Assembly (NCBI GenBank): GCA_026707145.1
Contig: JAPOXK010000021.1
Coordinates: 311,526 to 375,525, forward strand
From: Chloroflexota bacterium
GTDB taxonomy: Bacteria > Chloroflexota > Dehalococcoidia > Bin125
Length of the DNA: 64,000 nucleotides
Reading direction: 5' to 3'
The notes beneath the pieces were generated by a model. The model was not told the origin of the DNA, searched no databases, and saw nothing but the letters and a program-made list of their open reading frames with translations. Position 1 is the first letter of the stretch. The number at the start of each line of letters is the position of its first letter. Shown in pieces: positions 46,010 through 53,658 of this stretch. The position numbers and the translations under genes were made by a program.

Positions 46010-46356
46010 CGAAAGAGCCGTCCTAACCCGCGCCCGGTGAGCCGCCCCGCAGCGCGCCGCCGAACGGCCTGGATATCCCCCAGTAGTGCGGCAAGTAGGT
46101 AGAGGAAACTACGAAATCCAGTCATAGCGTATCACTATCTTCACTCGCTACTTATCTTGCTGAACCGAGACGCGCCCCAGGCAAATACAAAGAGCTTCTT
46201 AACTCTAGGAAGCCATCCCGTGCACCGTACACCGCGCGGCCGGCTCGGGATTACGCACAGTCTCCCTTCCTTCACGCCGACACCCATCTGCCGAGCCAGC
46301 ATCTGTCTCTAGCGATCAGGGCAAGCACATGGACGGGGGAGCGCACGCCGCGTTGC

Positions 46357-47103
46357 CTAGAGCTCGGTCAACACAGACTCGGGAAGGTCGGCGTTGCTGT
46401 GAACGGACTGGATATCGTCAAGCTCTTCCAATTGCTCGACTAAGCGAAGGAGCGTGCGCGCGTCCGCCTCTTCCAAGGCGATCTGGTTGAGTGGTCGCAT
46501 GACGGTCTCAGCGGACGCGATCGCAACCCCGGCCCCGCTCATGCCGTGACGGACCGCTTCAAGATCGGCGAGAGCGGTGCGGACTTCGACCAGCGTCTCG
46601 TCGATCGTGACGTCAGCCGCGCCGGCATCGATCGCCTCAAGCGCCACGTTATCGGCGTCGACACCTTCCGCAAGATCGACGACCACGATGCCACAGGGCT
46701 CGAAGGCCCAAGCGACACTGCCGGTTGCACCCAAATTGCCGTTGTACTTGGTCAGCGCCGCCCGAACGTCAGCGGCCGTCCGGTTGCGGTTGTCGGTGAG
46801 TGCGTCGATCAGGAGGGCGACGCCACCGGGACCGTAAGCCTCGTAGCGAATCTCCTCCCAGTCTTCGCCGCCCCCCGCACCTGCGGCACGCGCCAGCGCC
46901 CGCTCAATGGTGCCCTTGGGCATGTTGGCTTGCTTGGCGCGCGCGAGGGCGAGCCGCAGCGAGGGGTTGTCGTTGGGATTCAAGCCACTCCGACGGGCAG
47001 CTGCTTGGATCTCCCGGCCGATTTTGGTAAAGAGCTGGCCGCGCTTCGCGTCTGCGACGCCCTTCTGACGCTTGATCTGGGACCACTTAGAATGACCGGC
47101 CAC
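46357..47103 (-). CDS. yebC: YebC/PmpR family DNA-binding transcriptional regulator (GTG start at MAGHSKW)
   Basis: It has AGHSKWSQIKRQKG and KGTIERA. The listed ORF adds a 15-aa leader ending at 47148. Confidence 0.85.
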   Translation of the reverse strand: MAGHSKWSQIKRQKGVADAKRGQLFTKIGREIQAAARRSGLNPNDNPSLRLALARAKQANMPKGTIERALARAAGAGGGEDWEEIRYEAYGPGGVALLIDALTDNRNRTAADVRAALTKYNGNLGATGSVAWAFEPCGIVVVDLAEGVDADNVALEAIDAGAADVTIDETLVEVRTALADLEAVRHGMSGAGVAIASAETVMRPLNQIALEEADARTLLRLVEQLEELDDIQSVHSNADLPESVLTEL

Positions 47104-47172
47104 GCCTTCGCCCCTGCCACAGTCGCACGAACGTTCGGATAGTACCACGCAGGCTTCGACCGTCCGGGAGCG

Positions 47173-48036
47173 TTATACGAGAGGGACGGCGTCCTTTTGC
47201 ACGCCCAGCCACACGTTATCGATCAGGCGTGCGCCGCCGACTCGCACGGCCAGCGACAGCAGTGCCGTCGTTTGTACGCGCTCAATCTCACGCAACGTGG
47301 GAAGTTCGGCGCAGGAGACATACTCAGCGCGCAGCAGGGGCTCCCGCTCCAAGGCTGCGGCGACAGCAGCGCGCAGCGCGGCGGCGGCACGCTCACCGCC
47401 CGCGAAGCGTGCCTCCGCCTGCTGAAGGCCGCGGGAGATGGCCCGCGCGGCTTCCCGCTCTTCCGGTGTGAGGTACTGGTTGCGGCTGCTCATCGCCATC
47501 CCGTCCGCCTCGCGTACCGTAGCGACGGGAACGATCTGGACATCGATATCCAAATCGCGCACGCATTTGGCGATGACGAGAAGCTGTTGCGCATCTTTCA
47601 TGCCAAAGTAGGCGCGGGCCGGCTGCAGGATGAAGAATAATTTGCTCACCACGGTGGTAACGCCAGCGAAGTGGCCGGGACGGGCGGCACCCTCTAGGAC
47701 GGCAGTGAGTGGCCCATCCACCTCGACTTTGGTAGCGAATCCCTCCGGATAGATCTCGTCGACTTGCGGGAAGAAAAGAGCATCGATCCCGATCTTCGCG
47801 AGCTTAGCGCTGTCGCTTTCCAAGTCCCGGGGATAGCGATCGAGGTCCTCGTTGGCACCGAACTGGAGCGGGTTTACGAAGATGGAAGCGGCGACGTGAT
47901 CGTTCTCAGCGCGGGCCCGGCGCGCGAGGGTCAGGTGACCCTCGTGCAGAGCGCCCATAGTGGGGACGAGGCCAAGGGACCCTGGAAGACCGCGCCGCCA
48001 GGCACGTACCTCCGCGACCGTCGTCAGTATTTGCAC
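47173..48036 (-). CDS. panC: pantoate--beta-alanine ligase
   Basis: 287 aa. It has LVPTMGALHEGHLTL and FVNPLQFG. Confidence 0.9.
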   Translation of the reverse strand: MQILTTVAEVRAWRRGLPGSLGLVPTMGALHEGHLTLARRARAENDHVAASIFVNPLQFGANEDLDRYPRDLESDSAKLAKIGIDALFFPQVDEIYPEGFATKVEVDGPLTAVLEGAARPGHFAGVTTVVSKLFFILQPARAYFGMKDAQQLLVIAKCVRDLDIDVQIVPVATVREADGMAMSSRNQYLTPEEREAARAISRGLQQAEARFAGGERAAAALRAAVAAALEREPLLRAEYVSCAELPTLREIERVQTTALLSLAVRVGGARLIDNVWLGVQKDAVPLV

Positions 48037-48082
48037 AGATGCCGTTATCGTGAACCAGCGGTCTCAGTAACGAGTGCGCGAC

Positions 48083-48964
48083 CTACCAATCGAAAGGCCC
48101 GACCCCGGTAACGCCTGTGGCTTCGCCCGTCAGGTGACGGAGTTCCTCAAGCGCATCTTGGTCAAGCTCGAAAGCATGGTCGAGTGTAGGGAAAGAGCCG
48201 TCGATCACCTCACGTTGGTAGCTGGCCAGGGCGTTGCGGGCACCTTCAGCAAGTGCCGCATAGTGCTTCGTGTGCCGCGGCAGGAAATCCGGCAGCAAGC
48301 CGAGCATGTCGTGCCAAACCTGGATCTGACCATCGCAGCCGGGCCCGGCACCGATGCCGATGGTAGGCATGGCCAGGCGTTCGCTGATGAGGGCGGCGAC
48401 CGGCGCGGGAATGCCCTCCAGGACGATGCTGAAACAGCCAGCGGCCTCCAACGCCAAACCATCATTGAGAAGCTTGACCGCAGCGGCTGCGGTCTTGCCC
48501 TGAATTCTATGGCCGCCGAGTTGATTCACGGATTGGGGAGTGAGACCGATATGACCCATGACTGGGATGCCGACCTCGACCAGGCGGGTCACCGTCGAAG
48601 CGATGTGCGCACCCCCCTCAAGCTTCACAGCCGTCGCCTCCCCCTCCTGCATCAGACGAGTGGCGCTGCGGATCGCATCGTCAGGACTCGCTTGGTAGGA
48701 GCCGAACGGCAAGTCCGCCACGACGAAAGCGCGCTCGGTACCGCGCACAACCGGCTTCGTATGGTGGATGACCTCCTCTAACGTGACCGGCACCGTGCTT
48801 TGGTAGCCAAGCACGGTTGTGCCCAGCGAGTCGCCGACCAGAACGCCAGGGATGCCGACTTCATCGATTAACCGAGCCGAGGGATAGTCGTAGCAAGTGA
48901 CGAGGGCAAAGCGCTCGCCACGCTGCTTCATCGCCTTGAGAGAATGCACGGAGCGCCGGCCCAT
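48083..48964 (-). CDS. panB: 3-methyl-2-oxobutanoate hydroxymethyltransferase
   Basis: 293 aa. It has FALVTCYDYPSARL, VGDSLG and GHIGLTPQS. Confidence 0.9.
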   Translation of the reverse strand: MGRRSVHSLKAMKQRGERFALVTCYDYPSARLIDEVGIPGVLVGDSLGTTVLGYQSTVPVTLEEVIHHTKPVVRGTERAFVVADLPFGSYQASPDDAIRSATRLMQEGEATAVKLEGGAHIASTVTRLVEVGIPVMGHIGLTPQSVNQLGGHRIQGKTAAAAVKLLNDGLALEAAGCFSIVLEGIPAPVAALISERLAMPTIGIGAGPGCDGQIQVWHDMLGLLPDFLPRHTKHYAALAEGARNALASYQREVIDGSFPTLDHAFELDQDALEELRHLTGEATGVTGVGPFDW

Positions 48965-49142
48965 GGCAGCTTCCTTTCGTCTGCGCCCGCTTAGGGGTCA
49001 CAGCGCTGGATATCAGCCCCGGCAGCACGCGATGCCCGCAGGTGGAGGTGGCGTCTCCAGTGAGCGCTCACCGCCGCGCGAGGCGGTCGGCTGCGACCCC
49101 AGGCTAGGAAGCATAGGCGTGGACTGTCAACGATCCTTGCCG

Positions 49143-50210
49143 TCAAGGATGGCGGGTCCACTCGTGGACAGTAGGGACGTCACCCAGTGCAGTAGCGGCA
49201 GTGACGCCCCGCTGAATCGCCAGCGAAATCGTCTCAGCGGCCATCACACCCAGGAGCACGATACGGTTGAGGGTCATCGGAGTGCGGTCGTCACCGGTCG
49301 CCAGCACGAAAATACTGTCCCCATCAAGCGGCGTATGTGCGGGACGAATGGCGCGACCGAGACCATCGTCGGCCATGATCGCAAGCCGCGTCGCCTGAGC
49401 CTTGTCGAGGCGCGCGTTGGTCGCAATGACGGCGATAGTGGTGTTCGTGGGCCCTTCAGACGCCGGGGCACTCTCGGTCGACTCCAGGTCGATGCCGGTC
49501 GCATCAGCATCGCGAACCGCACTCTGGGCCACGAGATCTGCGGCAACGCACATCTCGCCCGGCCGCCGACCGCGGGGAGCCGCGATCAGCTTGCCGCCGG
49601 TGTCGTGGACATCGCCGATGCAGTTCACAGCGGCGAGCGCTCCCACGACAAGTCCAGACCCGTGAGCCAGGGCAGCACTCCCGATTCCCCCCTTGAGCGC
49701 CGTCTCCAATCCGCCCGTCTTAGCGACCGTGCAGCCGACGCCTGCGCCGACGCTCCCCTGGGACACGACGCCGTCCCGCGCTCCCTCCGTGGCGCGGCGT
49801 CCTGCAGCAGCGTCCGGAAAAGCCTCGGCTGAACCGATACGCAGATCGAAGAGGACGGCTCCGAGCACGATCGGAATGCGCGGCACGCCGACAGCGAGCG
49901 CCTGTCCGACCCCACGGTCGCGTAGCGCCTCACGCACCCCTGTGGCGGCGGCGAGTCCGAAGGCGCTGCCACCCGTGAGGAGCACGGCGTGGGCACGCGC
50001 GATGGTGTTCTCCGGCTTGAGGAGTTCCGTCTCGATCGATCCGGGTGCGCCTCCTAAGGAGCAGTAGCCCGGGACGGCTCCTCGATCACACCGCACCACC
50101 GTGCAGCCCGTGATTCCGGCAGTGTCGCTCCAGTGCCCGACGCGAATGCCGGGAACAGCGGTGATGGCATCAGGGTCGGCGGCGCTAAGCACGCGAGGAA
50201 GGAGGCGCAT
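49143..50210 (-). CDS. DmpA/peptidase S58 (P1) family L-aminopeptidase/D-esterase-like protein
   Basis: Probable start MRLLPRV.... It has ITAVPGIRVGHWSD, LLTGGSAFGL and the self-processing GxT-type region (VGAGVGCTV). The listed ORF (start 50447) overlaps the SDR gene by about 260 nt and is probably over-extended. Confidence 0.65.
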   Translation of the reverse strand: MRLLPRVLSAADPDAITAVPGIRVGHWSDTAGITGCTVVRCDRGAVPGYCSLGGAPGSIETELLKPENTIARAHAVLLTGGSAFGLAAATGVREALRDRGVGQALAVGVPRIPIVLGAVLFDLRIGSAEAFPDAAAGRRATEGARDGVVSQGSVGAGVGCTVAKTGGLETALKGGIGSAALAHGSGLVVGALAAVNCIGDVHDTGGKLIAAPRGRRPGEMCVAADLVAQSAVRDADATGIDLESTESAPASEGPTNTTIAVIATNARLDKAQATRLAIMADDGLGRAIRPAHTPLDGDSIFVLATGDDRTPMTLNRIVLLGVMAAETISLAIQRGVTAATALGDVPTVHEWTRHP

Positions 50211-50988
50211 CAAGGGACCATTTGGCCCAGCCGCCGGAGACTTCGAGAGAGGCGCCGGTAACGTTGCGCGCGGCATCCGAGAGCAGATAAACGACGGCGC
50301 CCGCGGTCTCGTCCGGCTGGGCGAAACGGCGCATCGCCGTGTGCATCTCGTTGCGCTCCACGTACCAGGCAGGGAGCTTGCTTGTGAAATCACTCGCCAC
50401 CCAACCAGGCGCCACGCAGTTGACGCGAATGGGCTGGGCAGGCGCATGCGCCCATTCCGCAGCGAAGCTCTTAGCCATCGCCTCGACCGCGCCGCGTGTC
50501 ATCGCGTAGGCGGACAGCCGTGCCGCGCCGGTATGGGCGAGCACCGAGGAAACGATGACGATCGCCCCGCCCGTTCCACGTTCCAGCCAGCGCCGCGCGA
50601 CAGCGGTGGTAAGGAAGAACGTACCGCGCTGGTTGATACGGACCATCTCATCGAAGTGCGCGGGCGCCAGCGTTTCAGCGCGGGCGAAGCTGGGGCTGAC
50701 GCCGGCGACGCTGACGAATCCGGTGAGGGCGCCTGCCTCTGCTTCCACACGGCTCAGGAGATCGTCGTGATCTTCGATGGCGCCGGCATCGGCCGGATAG
50801 GCCAAGGCGCGTCCGCCAGCGGCGTTGATCGTCTCTGCAGCCGTCTCAACTTGCTCCGTGGTGCGCGCAGTGAGCGCAACCGTCGCGCCCGCCGTCGCGA
50901 TCAGCTTGGCGCACTCGAAGCCGATCCCTCGGCCGGCGCCGCTGACCAACACGATCTGGCCTTCCAGGGAAAATGGATTCTCAGGCAT
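50185..50988 (-). CDS. SDR-family short-chain dehydrogenase/reductase
   Basis: 267 aa. It has VLVSGAGRGIGFE (TGxxxGxG-like), NAAG and the catalytic YAMTRGAVEAMAK (YxxxK). Confidence 0.8.
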   Translation of the reverse strand: MPENPFSLEGQIVLVSGAGRGIGFECAKLIATAGATVALTARTTEQVETAAETINAAGGRALAYPADAGAIEDHDDLLSRVEAEAGALTGFVSVAGVSPSFARAETLAPAHFDEMVRINQRGTFFLTTAVARRWLERGTGGAIVIVSSVLAHTGAARLSAYAMTRGAVEAMAKSFAAEWAHAPAQPIRVNCVAPGWVASDFTSKLPAWYVERNEMHTAMRRFAQPDETAGAVVYLLSDAARNVTGASLEVSGGWAKWSLDAPPSSRA

Positions 50989-51015
50989 CGAGAGGCAGTG
51001 TATGGCAGCGCGCCT

Positions 51016-51837
51016 TCACGGACAGAGATTGGGGTCGCGTCCGCCGCGCTCGCCGCCGCGGAGGCGTGAGTAGAGCCAGATCAAGTCGCGCGAGGCTTGG
51101 CTGATCGCTCCCACGGCGAGCGCGAATTGCTCGATCTGCTTCTCGTCGATAGTGAGGGCGTGCGTCGCGATGCGGTGCCGCTTCTCTTCCAGCACCATTA
51201 GCGCCACTTGATCGGGATTCATGGAGCGGTCCGGCAGCCATTCCAGCGTGTTGGTCAGGGTCGAGGATCGCTCCAAGCCATCGGCGAGTAGAAGCACCGC
51301 TTCCTGATCCGCCTTGGTAGCGCGCTGCAGCCCCTTCACGACGGACGCCAGTGCAGCGCAGAGCTGGCGATAGTCGCTCTCGGAGAGACCATCCCGAGCC
51401 GCATCAATGTCGGTGCGGGTGGGGAGGCCGAGGTCGCGCAGGATCTGATCGGGGGAACGGCCCAGCACGGCGCGATTGAAGGCGGCGACGGAGCGCGTCG
51501 TGAGGCGGTGAGCCATGAAGCTTGCGAGGACGGGAGTCTTGCGCCGTGCGCGGAGGGCGGTGAACAGCGCGGTGAGGCTGGCCACAGCGTCGAGATACTC
51601 CTCAACGATGCGTATGCCGAGGATCTTGCGGTGGTCGGGCGGTGCGAGAACCAACTCGCGGAAGAGCGCTTCAGAGACGACGCGGGGCGCAGTAGCACCA
51701 AAGCGCGCGTAGTTCTCCAAAAAGGGAAGCTCGAGACCATCAAGGTAGGCGCGGAACTCGCGGTCGAGCGCGGTCTCGGCGCCAAGATCGACGAGCGGGG
51801 ACTGGGAAACTTTGGGCGCGTGGGGATTGGCCATCAT
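51016..51837 (-). CDS. hypothetical protein (all-alpha; no family recognised)
   Basis: 273 aa, a soluble protein with no TM helices and no obvious signal peptide. It keeps clean coding periodicity between two well-supported genes. I recognise no motif. Confidence 0.4.
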   Translation of the reverse strand: MMANPHAPKVSQSPLVDLGAETALDREFRAYLDGLELPFLENYARFGATAPRVVSEALFRELVLAPPDHRKILGIRIVEEYLDAVASLTALFTALRARRKTPVLASFMAHRLTTRSVAAFNRAVLGRSPDQILRDLGLPTRTDIDAARDGLSESDYRQLCAALASVVKGLQRATKADQEAVLLLADGLERSSTLTNTLEWLPDRSMNPDQVALMVLEEKRHRIATHALTIDEKQIEQFALAVGAISQASRDLIWLYSRLRGGERGGRDPNLCP

Positions 51838-51879
51838 GCGCGCTCCCTCACCGCCGCAGTGTAGGCCGCGCGGGCGGCG

Positions 51880-52764
51880 TCAGGCGCGGGCGGTTGCCCG
51901 TGCGTTTTTACGAGGCTTCCGTCTTGGCTTGCGCATCGCTTGGCGCGCGGGCTGACATCGGGGACACCAGTGCGAGGCGCGTCCACCGACGACGGTGCGT
52001 TGAATCGTGCCGCCGCAGCAGTCGCAGGGCTGGCCCGTGCGACGGAAAACGCGCACGAAGTGCTGCTGGTTGCCGTCCCTGCCGTCGGCATCCGTGTAGT
52101 CGCGAAACGAGGCGCCCCGGTGGGCAATCCCCTCACGCAATGTCTGCTCAATAGCGGCGTGAAGGCGGGCGCACTCCTCGGCGCGCAGCGATCCCGCGGG
52201 AACGGAGGGGTGGAGCCCGGCGAGGAAGAGCGACTCGTCCACGTAGATGTTCCCGAGGCCAGCGACACGGCGCTGATCGAGAAGGACGGACTTGAGAGGC
52301 GCTTGCCGCCCCGCCACCACGGTGGCAAGCACGTCCTCGGTGAAGGCGAGCGTGAGCGGCTCCGGGCCGAGCCTGCTGGTGACGGCGGCGATGTCATCAA
52401 CGACTTCGAAGGTGCCGAACTTACGGATGTCCGTAAAGCGCAGCTCAGCGCCATCATCAAGGGGAACGACGGCACGGAGGAAGTCATCGGGCGGGGCGTC
52501 CTGGGGGCGGTGGCGCAGCGAGCCCGTCATGCGCAGATGCACGACCCAGCTAGCACCGTCGTCGAGATAGAAAAGCAGATATTTGCCCGCCCGGCCCACG
52601 GCGTCGATACGACGGCCGCTGAGCCGGTCGCGCAATTGCTTTTGAGGCACACCCAAGAGAAGGCGGCTGGCCCCACGCTTGACGTGGAGACCGGTGATGC
52701 GCCGACCGACGACCTGTGGACCGAGGTCGCGGCGAATGGTCTCGACCTCAGGGAGCTCGGGCAT
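51880..52764 (-). CDS. mutM: formamidopyrimidine-DNA glycosylase (Fpg/Nei family)
   Basis: 294 aa. It has MPELPEVE (catalytic Pro2/Glu3), an H2TH region, and the zinc finger CDCCGG...CPRCQ. It ends in a basic tail, RKPRRKPRKNARATARA. Confidence 0.85.
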   Translation of the reverse strand: MPELPEVETIRRDLGPQVVGRRITGLHVKRGASRLLLGVPQKQLRDRLSGRRIDAVGRAGKYLLFYLDDGASWVVHLRMTGSLRHRPQDAPPDDFLRAVVPLDDGAELRFTDIRKFGTFEVVDDIAAVTSRLGPEPLTLAFTEDVLATVVAGRQAPLKSVLLDQRRVAGLGNIYVDESLFLAGLHPSVPAGSLRAEECARLHAAIEQTLREGIAHRGASFRDYTDADGRDGNQQHFVRVFRRTGQPCDCCGGTIQRTVVGGRASHWCPRCQPARQAMRKPRRKPRKNARATARA

Positions 52765-52773
52765 GCTGGCAGG

Positions 52774-53631
52774 CTAAGGCTCGATGCCGCGGTAGGCGGT
52801 GGGGCCAGGAGCGTAAGCGTCGCGGAGCGTCTCTTCGGGGAAGAAGTCGGGAGGCACGTCTTCGGCAACGTGCTCGTACAAGGCCGCCTTAAAGATGCCC
52901 TCGAGCGTCGAGACGATCGCGAAGACGAGCCCGATCAGCGCGACGCCGGCGACGATCGCGGCGACCGGCGAGATGGCGGCCAGAACCACGATCGGGATCG
53001 CCGCGATGATGCCGGCAAGGATGTAGATGATCCCGAAGCCGAAGCTAGCGACGAGCTGCTCTCCCCAAGTGCGTTTAAAATAGCCGCCTGAACGCTTGAT
53101 GGCCTCGATCGGCCCCACCCCTTCGACGATCAAAACGGGCAGCACGAAGAAGGTGAGGTAGCCCCAAGCCGCGCCGACCAAGCCGATCAAAATGTCCGTG
53201 ATGAAGCTACGGCTTTGGCTGCGCGCGTACTGCAGCAGCATCCAGATGATGACGGCGATCAAAGTCCAAACGAGTAGCTGCGGGAGGCGGCGGTTGACGG
53301 CGGCGAACCCCGTCCAGACGTTGGGGTCGCCCCCGCGCAGGCGATGCCGAGCGGCCGCGATCAAGGCGCCGTTGTTGTACATGACGATGAAGAAACCGAG
53401 ATAGAGCGCGGCGAAGCCGATGATGAGGTCGCCCGCGTTAATCTCGGCTTGGCCCGAGCTGTCCAAGCGATCGAATGTGCCGATCTGCGAGAAGATGCCG
53501 GCCGTTACCCCGGCGATGATGGCGACGCCGATCGCCGACATGATCGGGAAAAAGAGCAACTCCTTGTCCTTCTGCAGGACACCCCAGGAGATCTTGATGA
53601 GGTTCCAAGTGTTGCCGAAGGTACGAAACAC
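52774..53631 (-). CDS. DUF6159-like integral membrane protein
   Basis: 285 aa with about 6 TM helices. It has an N-terminal WGVLQKDKELLFFPIMS block and a C-terminal acidic tail. Confidence 0.4.
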   Translation of the reverse strand: MFRTFGNTWNLIKISWGVLQKDKELLFFPIMSAIGVAIIAGVTAGIFSQIGTFDRLDSSGQAEINAGDLIIGFAALYLGFFIVMYNNGALIAAARHRLRGGDPNVWTGFAAVNRRLPQLLVWTLIAVIIWMLLQYARSQSRSFITDILIGLVGAAWGYLTFFVLPVLIVEGVGPIEAIKRSGGYFKRTWGEQLVASFGFGIIYILAGIIAAIPIVVLAAISPVAAIVAGVALIGLVFAIVSTLEGIFKAALYEHVAEDVPPDFFPEETLRDAYAPGPTAYRGIEP

Positions 53632-53658
53632 GATGCCCGAATCGTAGCACGCGAACGG

